A DNA stretch of 64,000 nucleotides from Minisyncoccota bacterium (GCA_041661645.1 JBAZUA010000002.1:97944-161943), one strand, 5' to 3'; shown: positions 9,204 through 19,894, numbered from the stretch's first letter. Numbers and translations: made by a program. Notes: a model not told the origin generated them from the letters alone.

Positions 9204-9971
9204 ATGTTTGACTTTGTTCATGCGGCGCTTCTCGGTATAGTCGAAGGCGTCACCGAGTTTCTCCCGATCTCCTCGACAGGGCACCTCATCATCGTTGGAA
9301 GGTGGCTTCCTCTCGACCCGGCCCTTTCCGCCACCTTTGACATAGTCATACAGCTCGGTGCCATACTGGCCGTCGTCATCGTGTTCTGGGGCAAGCTGTG
9401 GCCGATCTCGAAAGCCTGGGGCACCTGGAAGAAGATTGTCGTCGCCGTCCTGCCGGCACTTGTCCTGGGGGCCCTCTTTGGCAGCAAGATACAGGAGGCG
9501 CTCTTCAACCCGGCCGTCGTAGCGGTGGCGCTGATTGTCGGGGGAGTCCTCCTCATCATCTCTGAAAGGATGAAGAAGACGGAGACCATTCATTCCGTTC
9601 CCGGGATGACATACGGGACGGCCCTGTCGATTGGCCTCATCCAGTGCCTCGCCCTCATCCCCGGGACGTCCAGGTCGGCTGCCACCATTATCGGCGCGCT
9701 CTTCCTCGGTGCCTCGAGGACCGTGGCTGTGGAATTTTCGTTCTTCCTGGCGATTCCCACCATGTTCGCCGCATCGGCCTATAGCCTCCTCAAGGGTGGG
9801 GCACATCTCGGCTCTCACGACGCCGCGGTCCTGGCCGTCGGCTTCGCGGTCTCGTTTCTGGTCGCCTGGATTGTCATACGGATGTTTCTCAAGTACGTCC
9901 AGCATCGGAGCCTCGTCCCCTTTGGATACTATAGGATCATAGTCGGCGTGCTTGTCCTTCTGTTCGCCTAG
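9204..9971 (+). CDS. uppP: Undecaprenyl-diphosphatase
   Basis: GIVEGVTEFLPISSTGH, PGTSRS, EFSFFLAIP. Confidence 0.95.
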   Translation: MFDFVHAALLGIVEGVTEFLPISSTGHLIIVGRWLPLDPALSATFDIVIQLGAILAVVIVFWGKLWPISKAWGTWKKIVVAVLPALVLGALFGSKIQEALFNPAVVAVALIVGGVLLIISERMKKTETIHSVPGMTYGTALSIGLIQCLALIPGTSRSAATIIGALFLGASRTVAVEFSFFLAIPTMFAASAYSLLKGGAHLGSHDAAVLAVGFAVSFLVAWIVIRMFLKYVQHRSLVPFGYYRIIVGVLVLLFA

Positions 9972-9975
9972 ACCA

Positions 9976-10533
9976 ATGCCTTCCTATCTCAATTCTTTCA
10001 ACCAGATCGATGGCGCGATGGTCCACATGGTGCAGTCGATTGGATCCCAGTGGTATGGCGTTGCCTGGTTTTTGTCCGCGATTGTCGGGTATTCGCCGTT
10101 TCTCATCCCCGCGATGGTCCTTGCCCTTGTGCTTACGGGCAAATATCGCGTCGCGATCGAGGCTGTGGGCATATCCCTCTTGGCCCTCGCCGCAGTCTAT
10201 CTTTCCAAGGCTCTCATATGGGCGCCTCGGCCATTCTGGGTCGATTCGAGTGTCATTCGATATGCCTTCGAATCAAGCTCTGGTATGCCGTCGGGACACG
10301 CCCTCGTCTCTTTCGTCATATTGGGCTGGGTCTGGCTGCGACACCCGAAAAGCGCCATTCTCTCTGTGGGCATTCCCGTCACGATTTTCCTTGTTGGCCT
10401 CTCCCGCGTGTATCTCGGCGTGCATTATCCTTCGCAGGTCATCGTTGGCTGGATTGTTGGCGCCTTCATGCTTTGGGCCTTCTGGCGGATCGACAGGCTT
10501 CTCTTCAGGCCGAGAAGTGGTTACGTAAAGTAG
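9976..10533 (+). CDS. PAP2 family phosphatase
   Basis: K..RP, PSGH, SRVYLGVHYPSQV motifs. Confidence 0.9.
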   Translation: MPSYLNSFNQIDGAMVHMVQSIGSQWYGVAWFLSAIVGYSPFLIPAMVLALVLTGKYRVAIEAVGISLLALAAVYLSKALIWAPRPFWVDSSVIRYAFESSSGMPSGHALVSFVILGWVWLRHPKSAILSVGIPVTIFLVGLSRVYLGVHYPSQVIVGWIVGAFMLWAFWRIDRLLFRPRSGYVK

Positions 10534-10535
10534 AT

Positions 10536-11534
10536 TTATATATTCCTCGGTCTATAGTCCGCGGGTGCGCTCGCCACGAGTCTCTCTATCTTCTCGCGCG
10601 ACAGGAGTCCCTTCTGGGCGCCGATCTCCTGGACGACGTATGCGGAGTTAATCGGCGCCCAGAGGAGAGCCTCCTTGAGCGTCTTGCCTAGGGCGAGGGC
10701 TACGGTAAGAGTCGACGCAAAGGCGTCTCCGGCACCGGTTCTCTCGTACGGGGCTTTTGGGTCAGGGTATGTCGGCATGAACAAGGCGTCGGTGCCATCG
10801 AAGGCATAGGCGCCGTTCGGCCCATCCGTGAGCACGACGATTTTCGGACCCTTCTCGCGCATCATGGACATGAGCTTCTTCATGTCGCCCTCGGTCGTGC
10901 CGAGTATTCTCTGCGCCTCCTCCTTGTTGCAGAAGAACAGGTCAGAGCGCCTGTAGAGCGCGCCGAGCTTTTCGAGACCGAGGCTCATTTGGAAGGTTCC
11001 CGGCTGGAAGGCAACCTTGATGTCGGGATTCGCCTCGAGCCATTTGATGATCTTGATGTGATATTCGTATGAGGTTCCACCAAGCGAGCTCACATAGACC
11101 CATTTAGGATTCCTGGATATTTTCGGCAGGCGATAGGGGAAGTTTTGATGCTTGACTAGGATTGTCCTTTCGTCGCCGTACCAGAGCACGTAGTGATAGT
11201 TAGTGGGGATTCCCTTGCTCACGTCGACGAATCTCGCGTCGACGTTCTGTGCGCGCAGCTCAGCCAGGCAGTCCTTGCCATTCTGATCGTCACCAACATT
11301 TGCCACGAGGGAAGAGCGAAGTCCGAGCCGTGCCGCGGACACCGCTGCGTTCGCGCTGTTGCCGACTGCGTTCACCACGGTGAGGGACTCGTAGGGAATC
11401 TTGTCGCCGAACTTCATGCAGAGCTCGCAGCTTTCTTTGTCCACGCTGCAGGTGACGTGTGCCTCCTGGAGACGGATAAAGGCGTCGGTGACGATGTCGC
11501 CTATGGCGAGGAAGTCGATTTGTTTTGAGAACAT
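10536..11534 (-). CDS. PfkB family carbohydrate kinase
   Basis: GNSANAAV..ARLG, ERTGAGDAF. Confidence 0.9.
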   Translation of the reverse strand: MFSKQIDFLAIGDIVTDAFIRLQEAHVTCSVDKESCELCMKFGDKIPYESLTVVNAVGNSANAAVSAARLGLRSSLVANVGDDQNGKDCLAELRAQNVDARFVDVSKGIPTNYHYVLWYGDERTILVKHQNFPYRLPKISRNPKWVYVSSLGGTSYEYHIKIIKWLEANPDIKVAFQPGTFQMSLGLEKLGALYRRSDLFFCNKEEAQRILGTTEGDMKKLMSMMREKGPKIVVLTDGPNGAYAFDGTDALFMPTYPDPKAPYERTGAGDAFASTLTVALALGKTLKEALLWAPINSAYVVQEIGAQKGLLSREKIERLVASAPADYRPRNI

Positions 11535-11581
11535 GCGTGTATTGTAGCAAAAAACCTGGCGGGGGAAGGGGGTTCTGATGA

Positions 11582-11610
11582 TTGACAAACGGTGTTTATG
11601 GGAGTATAAT
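11582..11610 (+). promoter_or_regulatory. Consensus sigma70 promoter
   Basis: TTGACA-17 nt-TATAAT exact consensus. Confidence 0.8.
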
Positions 11611-11692
11611 TTAATACAGTCTAGTGTCGGGAGCACTCGGGTCAAGCTCGTCCTAAATTGACCTCGTTCATTTATCATGGAGGATAAAACAT

Positions 11693-12091
11693 ATGTTACA
11701 GACTGCCCGCATCCCGGAATTTGTCATCATTCCGGACATTGGTAGGCTTCACTACGAAGGAAAGAAGGATCGTCTCGGCGAGCGTCGGCTTTTCCTGAGG
11801 CTCGAGGTGGCGCTTCCCAAGGCCCTCATCGATGCAGCCCATCGAGACGGCGGCGTCGAGCCCTCAAGCATGGACCTCGAGTCGTGTCTCGAGGAACTGC
11901 TCAGGGAGTTCTATGGCGAAGGGTCAAGTTGCGACTTCTTCTCGCCCGGCCCCCTTTCCGTCTATCGGGGAGCCTTCATCGTTGTGCCGTTTCAGCTTAA
12001 CGAGAGCATTCCGCGCCATATCGATTTCGTGAAGGCCTCAATCCTCCTCGTCGTTCAGCGGTTGGTTCAGGAAGAAGAGCGCGGCTATTGA
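11693..12091 (+). CDS. Orphan hypothetical protein
   Basis: 132 aa ORF with perfect promoter, GGAGG RBS and downstream hairpin/T-tract. Confidence 0.7.
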   Translation: MLQTARIPEFVIIPDIGRLHYEGKKDRLGERRLFLRLEVALPKALIDAAHRDGGVEPSSMDLESCLEELLREFYGEGSSCDFFSPGPLSVYRGAFIVVPFQLNESIPRHIDFVKASILLVVQRLVQEEERGY

Positions 12092-12179
12092 GGAGCCTCA
12101 TTCCCAAAGTCCCCTTGGAAGCACAATTCCTCGGGGCCTTTTTTATCTTTCCCGAAGGTTATTGTGCTAAAATACTGGC

Positions 12180-13133
12180 ATGTTCAAACTTTTCAATACC
12201 AAGGCGAAAAGAGGTTCGTCCACGCCGTCTTCTGGGGTAAAATCCCTTCGTGCATGGGTCGTCGAGGCTTTGGATAAAAAGGTTGCCATCGGTCATTTCA
12301 ACATTTCGAATATTGAGGGCTTTTGGGCGGTAATCGATGCGGCGGAGACCGTCTCAAAGGAGCTGGGTCGCGAGATTCCCGTCATCATCGGCGTGTCTGA
12401 GGGCGAGCGTGATTTCATGGGCGTCGCCCAGGTCAAGGCGCTCGTCGAGAGTTACCGCGTCCAGACCGGTCGTCCCATCTTCCTCAATGCCGACCACACA
12501 TATTCCTTCGAGCGGGTGAGGGAGGTTGTCGACGCGGGCTACGATGCCTTCATCTATGATGGGACCGAGCAGTCTTTTGATGACAATGTGGCGACGGCGA
12601 AGAGGTGCGTCGAGTACGCGCGCACCGTGGGCAAGACCCAGGGTAGAGACATTATTATCGAGGCCGAGATTGGCTTCATCGGCAAGTCCTCAAAGGTTTT
12701 GGACGGCATTCCCGAGGGAGTGAGGATCTCGGAGGAGTTTCTGACCAAGCCTGATGAGGCAAAGCGCTTCGTTGATGCCACCGGCGTCGATATGATGGCG
12801 CCTGCGGTTGGCAACATTCACGGTATGCTCAAGGGCGGCAAGGATCCTGCCCTCAATATCAGCCGAATCGCCGAGATATCGGCGGCCGTCAAAATCCCCC
12901 TCGTCCTTCACGGCGGCTCAGGCAATTCGGCCGAGGATTTCGCAGCCGCAATTGATGCTGGCGTCGCCATCATCCATGTGAATACCGAGCTTCGTGTCGC
13001 ATTCCGCGACGCCCTCAAGGCATCCGTCGCCGCCCGTCCAGACGAGGTTGCCCCGTATCGCATCATGAAGCCGGCGGTCGAGGCGATGCAGAGGGTCGTC
13101 GAGGAAAAGCTTAGGATTTTCAATAGAATATAA
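12180..13133 (+). CDS. fba: Class II fructose-bisphosphate aldolase
   Basis: GHFN, NADH, EAEIG, GNIHG, LVLHGGSG, VNTELR. Confidence 0.9.
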   Translation: MFKLFNTKAKRGSSTPSSGVKSLRAWVVEALDKKVAIGHFNISNIEGFWAVIDAAETVSKELGREIPVIIGVSEGERDFMGVAQVKALVESYRVQTGRPIFLNADHTYSFERVREVVDAGYDAFIYDGTEQSFDDNVATAKRCVEYARTVGKTQGRDIIIEAEIGFIGKSSKVLDGIPEGVRISEEFLTKPDEAKRFVDATGVDMMAPAVGNIHGMLKGGKDPALNISRIAEISAAVKIPLVLHGGSGNSAEDFAAAIDAGVAIIHVNTELRVAFRDALKASVAARPDEVAPYRIMKPAVEAMQRVVEEKLRIFNRI

Positions 13134-13139
13134 AAACAT

Positions 13140-13322
13140 ATGGCAAAATTCACCCATTCCATGCAGAAGCTCCTCTCATCCCCGATATCGAAAAAGCAGC
13201 TCCTGCTTGCGGGCCTGGGAGTCATCATCAGCGCGAGCATCATCTCGAGCGGACTCTGGGCTCCCGTGCCCGATGAGGAAAGCATTCTTGGGCCTCAGAT
13301 CGGGGCGGCGGCATCCCTCTAG
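13140..13322 (+). CDS. Small hypothetical membrane protein
   Basis: 60 aa with a single hydrophobic stretch, fills the gap. Confidence 0.45.
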   Translation: MAKFTHSMQKLLSSPISKKQLLLAGLGVIISASIISSGLWAPVPDEESILGPQIGAAASL

Positions 13323-13342
13323 TTCTGCGCTATACTGTTCCC

Positions 13343-15001
13343 ATGAATTCAATCGACGCTCTCAAGACGCATCTTGCCGGCACCTTTAAGGGCGAATTCG
13401 ACGATTCCACGAAAACCCTCGTCAAATACAGCCATGACGCGAGTCTCTGCGAGGTGGTCCCGAAGATAGTCGTCTTTCCGAAGGATTCCGAGGACATTCA
13501 GGAGCTCGTGCGCTTCGTCTCAAATCACAAATCAGACTACCCAGACCTTTCCGTCACTGTCAGGGCCGCGGGGTCGTGCATGTCGGGTGGGCCGCTCAAC
13601 GATTCGATCATCGTCGACATCATGCGTCATATGCATGGCACGAAAAGCGTCTCCATGACGGCCGATGGCGGCGAGGCAGTCGTCCTTCCGGGAACCTTCT
13701 ACCGCGATTTCGAGGTTGAGACGCTCAAGCGGGGCCTCATCCTGCCTTGCTACACAGCCTCAAAGAACCTCAACTCGATCGGCGGCATGGTGGGGAACAA
13801 TTCGGCGGGGGAGAAGACCCTGCGCTATGGCAAGACCGAGAGATACGTCAAAGAGCTCCGCGTCGTCTTCGGGGACGGCTGTGAATATGTGGTCAGACCA
13901 CTTTCCAGGTTCGAGCTTGACGCGAAAATTGCCCAGGGCGACTTCGAGGGGAGGCTCTACGGGAAAATCTGGGACATCGTATCGAACAATGCCAAACTGC
14001 TCGCTGACGCGAAGCCGAAGGTCTCGAAGAACTCGGCCGGCTATTATCTCTGGAACGTCTGGGACGGCAAGACCTTCGATCTGACCCGTCTCATCGTCGG
14101 ATCACAGGGCACGCTCGGCATAGTCACCGAGGTCCGCCTGCGCCTCGTGCCCATAAAGCCGATATCCAAGCTCTTCGTCGTATTCATGCCGACCCTCGAT
14201 CGGCTTGGCGACGTGGTCAATGACATACTGCCGCTCAATCCCGAGAGCCTCGAGTCCTATGACGACAGTACCATGATGCTCGCGGTGAAGTTTCTGCCCT
14301 CGCTCCTCAAGAAGCTCAGGCATCACCTGATCCGCCTCCTCTGGAGCTTCCTGCCCGAGGCTTGGATGGCAATCACAGGCGGTATGCCGAAGCTCGTGCT
14401 TTTGGTCGAATTCTGCGGGGACACGAACGAGGAGGTCGATTCCTCGATCATCGCCCTCGAACAAAAGCTCGAGCCGTACAAGTTCAAGATGCGTCGCGCC
14501 AAGAATGAATTTGATTCCGAGAAGTACTGGACTATCCGCCGCGAGAGCTTCAGCCTCTTGCGCGAGCATGTGCACGGCAGTCGCACCGCCCCCTTCGTTG
14601 ACGACGTGGTCGTGCCCCCTCACGCCATGCCTGACTTCCTCCCCAAGATGCGCGCCATATTGGACGAGTACAAGCTGGTCTACACCATAGCCGGGCACGC
14701 GGGCAATGGAAACTTTCACATCATCCCGTTCATGAACATGAAGGACGACAGGAATCTCAGGGTCATCGATGAGGTGTCGGACAGGGTATACAGTCTCGTT
14801 CTCTCGTACGGGGGCTCCATAACGGGCGAGCACAATGACGGCATCATCAGAACGCCATATCTCCCTCAGATGTATGGGGCCGAGGTTATGAGGCTTTTTA
14901 AGGCCACCAAGGACGCTTTTGACGCCCAGAACATCTTCAATCCGGGCAAGAAGGTGGGGGACACCAAGGAATTCATGATGTCCCACCTTGCGCGTTTATA
15001 G
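13343..15001 (+). CDS. FAD-binding oxidoreductase (GlcD/D-lactate dehydrogenase-like)
   Basis: GGMVGNNSAG, GSQGTLG, GHAGNGNFH, GSITGEHNDG, IFNPGK. Confidence 0.9.
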   Translation: MNSIDALKTHLAGTFKGEFDDSTKTLVKYSHDASLCEVVPKIVVFPKDSEDIQELVRFVSNHKSDYPDLSVTVRAAGSCMSGGPLNDSIIVDIMRHMHGTKSVSMTADGGEAVVLPGTFYRDFEVETLKRGLILPCYTASKNLNSIGGMVGNNSAGEKTLRYGKTERYVKELRVVFGDGCEYVVRPLSRFELDAKIAQGDFEGRLYGKIWDIVSNNAKLLADAKPKVSKNSAGYYLWNVWDGKTFDLTRLIVGSQGTLGIVTEVRLRLVPIKPISKLFVVFMPTLDRLGDVVNDILPLNPESLESYDDSTMMLAVKFLPSLLKKLRHHLIRLLWSFLPEAWMAITGGMPKLVLLVEFCGDTNEEVDSSIIALEQKLEPYKFKMRRAKNEFDSEKYWTIRRESFSLLREHVHGSRTAPFVDDVVVPPHAMPDFLPKMRAILDEYKLVYTIAGHAGNGNFHIIPFMNMKDDRNLRVIDEVSDRVYSLVLSYGGSITGEHNDGIIRTPYLPQMYGAEVMRLFKATKDAFDAQNIFNPGKKVGDTKEFMMSHLARL

Positions 15002-15058
15002 GTAGGACATGATATAATGCTTGTACAGTAGATTTTTTAATAAAAATAGAATACACAT

Positions 15059-15241
15059 ATGTCAGTAGAATTCAACGAGGACAACGGAATGGGACGACGA
15101 GACTTCGGGGAGAAGACCCCTGCCTTCGCCGCCTTTCTCATATCAAAAGGCATCGCCAAGGATGTCGCGGGCGCAAACAAGATCCAGGTCATATTCAGCG
15201 TCGTGCTCTTGATCATCTCGGCATACCTCATGCTCAAGTAG
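15059..15241 (+). CDS. Small membrane protein
   Basis: 60 aa with C-terminal TM helix. Confidence 0.6.
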   Translation: MSVEFNEDNGMGRRDFGEKTPAFAAFLISKGIAKDVAGANKIQVIFSVVLLIISAYLMLK

Positions 15242-15298
15242 GCCCTCGCCCGCCTCAGATTTTGACTTTTTTTAAACTCTGTATATACTAGAGAACCT

Positions 15299-15961
15299 AT
15301 GGCAATAACACTCAAAGTAGAGAAACGAGACATCAAGGACGACGTCGTCGCCCTCCGAAAGGCCGGCAAGGTTCCTGCGGTATTTTACGGAAAGAAGGAG
15401 GCTTCTACCCCTATATCGATTGCGAGCGTCGACTTCATCAAGGCCTACAAGCAGGCAGGCGAGTCTACCGTGGTCATCCTCAAGGGCGAGGGCATCGAGG
15501 TTGAGTCCCTCATCCATGACATGGATCTCCACCCTGTCACCGGCAAGCCTATTCACGCTGATTTCTACGTCTTCGAGAAGGGCAAGAAGATCAAGGTTGA
15601 CGTTCCCCTCGAGTTCTTCGGAACCTCTCCTGCCATCAAGGACCTCGGCGGATCGCTCATCAAGGTTCTTCATGACGTCGAGGTCGAGGCCCTTCCAAAG
15701 GATCTCCCCCACACCATCAAGGTAGACATCTCGTCCCTTGTCGATTTCAAGTCTGTCATCACCGCAAAGGACATCATTCTTCCAGAAGGTGTGCTTCTCG
15801 CCGTCAGCGCCGACGATATCGTCGCATCCGTATCCGAGCCAAAGGAAGAGGTGGAGGAGGTCGCGGCACCTATCGACCTTTCGACCATCGAGGTCGCCAA
15901 GAAGGGCAAGGAGGCAAAGGAGGGCGCCGGAGAGGAGGCCGAGGCAGAGGAGAAGAAGTAA
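15299..15961 (+). CDS. rplY: 50S ribosomal protein L25/Ctc
   Basis: LRKAGKVPAVFYG, HPVTGKPIHADFY, acidic tail. Confidence 0.95.
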   Translation: MAITLKVEKRDIKDDVVALRKAGKVPAVFYGKKEASTPISIASVDFIKAYKQAGESTVVILKGEGIEVESLIHDMDLHPVTGKPIHADFYVFEKGKKIKVDVPLEFFGTSPAIKDLGGSLIKVLHDVEVEALPKDLPHTIKVDISSLVDFKSVITAKDIILPEGVLLAVSADDIVASVSEPKEEVEEVAAPIDLSTIEVAKKGKEAKEGAGEEAEAEEKK

Positions 15962-15981
15962 CATCACCCTCATTTTTTACC

Positions 15982-16009
15982 GAAAAGCCGCCCGCAAGGG
16001 CGGCTTTTC
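15982..16009 (+). terminator. Intrinsic terminator after rplY
   Basis: GAAAAGCCGCCC-GCAA-GGGCGGCTTTTC. Confidence 0.8.
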
Positions 16010-16050
16010 CATGCCCGAATCGCACCCTGAATGTGATAGAATGTACTCTC

Positions 16051-17424
16051 ATGAGAAAATTCCCGAGCACCCTCTGCGCCGTGTTCCTCGCCCTTCTCGC
16101 CCTCGCCCCTCAGGCGGCGGTGTTGGCGCAAAGCACCCAGGAGTACCAGGATAAGCTCAAGGCCGAGCAAGCCCAGCTTCAGGCCGACGTTGACCTTCTT
16201 TCTAAAGACGTCTCCAACCTTCAGGGCCAGCAGGCGACCATAGAGCAGGCAATAGCCCTTATCGATGCCCAGATAAGGGAAGCTCAGGCAAAGATCAAGC
16301 TTCGCACTCTCACCATAGACGGCCTGACCAGGGACATCGGCACCAAGTCTCGATCCATAAGCGACCTGGAGGCCAAGCTCGTTCGAAGCGAACAGTCCGT
16401 TGCTGGCCTCATCCGGCGAACGCGCGAGAGCGACGACATTTCGATTCCACAGATGATCCTTTCGGGAAAGAACTTCTCCGACTTCTTCGTGGAAATCGAT
16501 TCGGTGCAGACCATCAAGAGCTCCCTTGACGCGCTCATGGACAATGTCCGCGACTTCAAAACCCAGACTGAGGAGGAGAAGGGCGCCCTCGAGGACCGCA
16601 AGACCAAGGAGGCGGATGCCCGCGCCTCCATACAGGCCCAACAGAAGATCGTCGAGAAGAAGAAGGCCGAGCAGGCCCAGCTCCTCGCCATCAAGAGCAG
16701 CCAGGTCAAGACCTACAAGCAGTTCGTGGCAGACAAGCAGGCCCGCATCGCCCAGATCAAGTCCGCGCTCTTCGACCTGCAGGGAACGAACGGCATACCG
16801 TTCGGCGACGCTTACAACTATGCTGTGGAGGCATCCAAGGCGACCGGCGTCAGGCCAGCCTTCATCCTGGCAATCCTCACCCAGGAGTCGGATCTGGGAA
16901 AGAACGTCGGGTCATGCCTCCTCACAGATCTCGCGTCAGGGGACGGAAAAGGCAAGAACAGCGGTAGTTCGTTCCAGAGGGTCATGGCGGCACCTCGAGA
17001 CACCACACCCTTTGCCGTCATCACGAGTCGTATTGGCAGGGATTGGAGGTCTACTCCCGTATCCTGTCCGCCCGGGGCAAAATACTATGTGGGGCGAGGA
17101 TTTGGCGGGGGAATGGGTCCCTCTCAGTTCATCGCCTCGACCTGGGAACTCTTCAAGAAGCGCATCGGAGCGGCCGTGGGCGTGGGTGCCGATCAGGCAG
17201 ACCCGTGGAATCCCGAGCACGCCATCGTGGCGACCGCGATATACGTCGATGACCTTGGTGCCGGAAAGGGCGGCTATACCGCCGAGCGCAATGCCGCCTG
17301 TCGATACTATTCTGGACGAGCCTGCGACACGAAGAAGCCAGCCAACTCGTTCTATGGCGATCAGGTATATGCTAAGGCGCAGTCGATACAGGCGAACATG
17401 ATTGATCCAATCCTCGGCCAGTAA
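16051..17424 (+). CDS. Secreted coiled-coil protein with C-terminal lytic transglycosylase-like domain
   Basis: Signal peptide, PcsB/CwlO-like coiled coil, LAILTQES catalytic Glu, GGMGPSQF..TW. Confidence 0.85.
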   Translation: MRKFPSTLCAVFLALLALAPQAAVLAQSTQEYQDKLKAEQAQLQADVDLLSKDVSNLQGQQATIEQAIALIDAQIREAQAKIKLRTLTIDGLTRDIGTKSRSISDLEAKLVRSEQSVAGLIRRTRESDDISIPQMILSGKNFSDFFVEIDSVQTIKSSLDALMDNVRDFKTQTEEEKGALEDRKTKEADARASIQAQQKIVEKKKAEQAQLLAIKSSQVKTYKQFVADKQARIAQIKSALFDLQGTNGIPFGDAYNYAVEASKATGVRPAFILAILTQESDLGKNVGSCLLTDLASGDGKGKNSGSSFQRVMAAPRDTTPFAVITSRIGRDWRSTPVSCPPGAKYYVGRGFGGGMGPSQFIASTWELFKKRIGAAVGVGADQADPWNPEHAIVATAIYVDDLGAGKGGYTAERNAACRYYSGRACDTKKPANSFYGDQVYAKAQSIQANMIDPILGQ

Positions 17425-17529
17425 TTTCCCTTCTCAGAGAACGGGCTCCTCGCCTGCTGGCGAGGGCCCTCACTCTCGGCCCGTCGGCCTCCGAGAGTCT
17501 CTTCGAAGGGAAATTACTGGCCGAGGATT
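17409..17529 (+). repeat. Structured repeat element copy A (25-bp perfect stem plus 71-nt three-way-junction core)
   Basis: 17409-17433 is the exact reverse complement of 17505-17529; core is 60/71 identical to copy B. Confidence 0.9.
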
Positions 17530-17597
17530 TCTTATTCTAAATAAAATATAAAAATGGGGATTGGTGGTTGGGTGAGGGTGATGTATGATTTTTTTAC

Positions 17598-17801
17598 ATG
17601 AACACGCTTGAATGGATAAACACCCTTGTTGTCATGATTGGGCTACCGACAATTGTCGGGGCGCTTTTAAGCATTGGTGGTAAGCTCAAGACCATCTCCG
17701 ATTTTGAAGAGGACATCAAGGGCAACATAAAGCCCGATTTGAAGGACATTCGGGAGAGATTCTTCGTTCTTGAGGGTCATCTCTTTTCCCGAGGCAAATA
17801 A
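17598..17801 (+). CDS. Small hypothetical membrane protein
   Basis: 67 aa, N-terminal TM, -10-like TATGAT 8 nt upstream. Confidence 0.6.
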   Translation: MNTLEWINTLVVMIGLPTIVGALLSIGGKLKTISDFEEDIKGNIKPDLKDIRERFFVLEGHLFSRGK

Positions 17802-17854
17802 TTGACTTTTTGTTAAATAATTGTAATCTCTGGAGCAGAGTCACCTAAAAAGTT

Positions 17855-18430
17855 TTGGTACATTACCAGACGCTTTCGCATTCCGCGGAAGTTAATGGGC
17901 GACCGCTCTCCACAATGCAAAGAACATATATTGATTGGTCAGATCGGCCGGGTAGTCGGGTTGTGACGGGTCTACAGGATTCGGACAGACCATTATATCT
18001 TGCCCGTCTTAGCCTTAACCACACCATATCCAAGCCCATGGCTGAATTGAATATTGGTTTTGGAATCCCTTCCCCAGAAAGACAAGGGGCGCTCATCACC
18101 CCCTTCATTGATGCCAAAGGCCCCCTGATTACTGATTTGGATAAGAAATGTCTTGCCCTGGGCCTTTGTTTTGAACCTCAGCATCGCTTTGGGTATTCAA
18201 ACTTTCTCGTCTACGGATTCGATTTCAGCCGTAAGCCGGAACCGTTTTCCATGGCCGCGATCAAGATGCTCATAAGACTCTTTGAGGACGTGCTATTGGT
18301 CGATGCGGGCTATCTCTACTGGCTTCGTATGACCCAGGAGACTGTCGTGCGCAGGGGAGAAAACACTTTTATCCCATATTGCGAAAGCCTTCTCAGACGT
18401 TCGGGCGTAAGACCTTGTCCCTTGCTTTGA
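17855..18430 (+). CDS. Orphan hypothetical protein (start uncertain)
   Basis: ORF between TTGACT promoter (17802) and terminator hairpin (~18446-18474). Confidence 0.55.
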   Translation: MVHYQTLSHSAEVNGRPLSTMQRTYIDWSDRPGSRVVTGLQDSDRPLYLARLSLNHTISKPMAELNIGFGIPSPERQGALITPFIDAKGPLITDLDKKCLALGLCFEPQHRFGYSNFLVYGFDFSRKPEPFSMAAIKMLIRLFEDVLLVDAGYLYWLRMTQETVVRRGENTFIPYCESLLRRSGVRPCPLL

Positions 18431-18522
18431 TTCTTGTTTTTGACCGGCCGCCTCTTCACGAGGCGGCTTTTTTCTGCCGAAAGTTGCTTTTTTACGGCCC
18501 ATACGCTATAGTTTTCCTCTAT

Positions 18523-18801
18523 ATGAAGAAAGAAACACACCCAAAGAATTATCGCCCTACGATCTTCCTCGACAACTCGAGCAAGGAGCGCTTCCTCATC
18601 AGCTCTGCCGTCGTCACCAAGGAGACCGACAAGTGGACCGATGGAAAGGAGTATCCTCTCTACCATGTCGAAATCTCGAGCGCCTCACACCCTTTCTACA
18701 CCGGTAACGACACCGTTATCGACACCGCTGGACGAGTGGAGAAGTTCAAGGCCCGACAGGCGAACTCTGCCGCAAAGAAGTCTACGAAGAAAGCCGCGTA
18801 G
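18523..18801 (+). CDS. rpmE: 50S ribosomal protein L31, type B (Zn-free)
   Basis: [25 protein letters not shown]. Confidence 0.95.
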   Translation: MKKETHPKNYRPTIFLDNSSKERFLISSAVVTKETDKWTDGKEYPLYHVEISSASHPFYTGNDTVIDTAGRVEKFKARQANSAAKKSTKKAA

Positions 18802-18866
18802 CGAAGAAAAAGGCGAGGCGCCCCCAAGGGAGCCCGCCTTTTTTGCTGTATACTTGAACCACCAAA

Positions 18867-19847
18867 ATGGACATAGCCAAATACAAGAAGAATCATAAGA
18901 CCTCATATCTCGCCGATATGTACGAGAAGCTCGAGAAAGACGAGGCCGAATTGAAGGTGCTCATGGAGGCCGACGCCTCGATGAAAGAGCTTGGCGCCGC
19001 CGACCTCGAGAACATCCAGGCACAGAAGACCGATATCATCCGTCAGGTCGAGGCCATCGAGGCCGCCGACAAGCAGGAGGAGGAATTCCCGAACGAGCTC
19101 ATCATGGAAATCCGTGCTGGCGCGGGAGGCGACGAGGCGGCCCTCTTTGCCGAGGAGCTGGCGACCATGTACAAGACCTATGCCGAGGGGCAGAGCTGGC
19201 AGGTATCATACCTCGACGAGTCAAAGGCAGACGTCGGCGGCTACAAGGAAGTGTCGATGGAAATACACGGCCAGGACATCTATCGCAAGCTCCGCTACGA
19301 GACAGGCGTGCATCGCGTTCAGCGCGTGCCTTTGACCGAGAAGATGGGACGCGTCCATACCTCGACCGTCCAGATCGCCATCCTGCCGATTCGCAAGCAT
19401 ACGAGCGTCGAGATAAACCCTGCCGACCTCGAGCTCGAGTTCTCTCGAGCCGGCGGAAAAGGGGGCCAGAACGTCAACAAGGTGGAGACCGCCGTGCGAC
19501 TCTTCCACAAGCCGACGGGCCTCGCCGTCCGCGTCACCGCTGAGCGTAGCCAGCTCAAGAACCGCGAGAAGGCGATGATGATGCTCACGGCCATGATCCA
19601 GGCCAAGAAGGACGAGGAGGACGCGGCAAAGTTCGCGGCAAACAAGAAGGGTCAGCTCGGCACCGGTAGCCGCTCCGAGAAGATTCGCACCTATAACTTC
19701 CCGCAGGACCGCATCACTGACCATCGCATCGGCCAGTCATGGCACAACATCGAGACCATCCTCTCGGGCGAGAAGATCGGCAACATCATCGACACCCTGG
19801 CCAACTTCACCGGCGAGGTCGTCGAGGGCGGGGCGGATGAGGACTAA
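18867..19847 (+). CDS. prfA: Peptide chain release factor 1
   Basis: [25 protein letters not shown] (PxT), [17 protein letters not shown]. Confidence 0.93.
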   Translation: MDIAKYKKNHKTSYLADMYEKLEKDEAELKVLMEADASMKELGAADLENIQAQKTDIIRQVEAIEAADKQEEEFPNELIMEIRAGAGGDEAALFAEELATMYKTYAEGQSWQVSYLDESKADVGGYKEVSMEIHGQDIYRKLRYETGVHRVQRVPLTEKMGRVHTSTVQIAILPIRKHTSVEINPADLELEFSRAGGKGGQNVNKVETAVRLFHKPTGLAVRVTAERSQLKNREKAMMMLTAMIQAKKDEEDAAKFAANKKGQLGTGSRSEKIRTYNFPQDRITDHRIGQSWHNIETILSGEKIGNIIDTLANFTGEVVEGGADED

Positions 19848-19866
19848 GGGCCCTGTTTGGCCATAG

Positions 19867-19894
19867 TAAACGCCTCAATCGGTTGAGGCGTTTA
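19867..19894. repeat. Short palindrome family member (CCTCAA..TTGAGG)
   Basis: TAAACGCCTCAA-TCGG-TTGAGGCGTTTA; related to 50257 and 62948. Confidence 0.7.
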
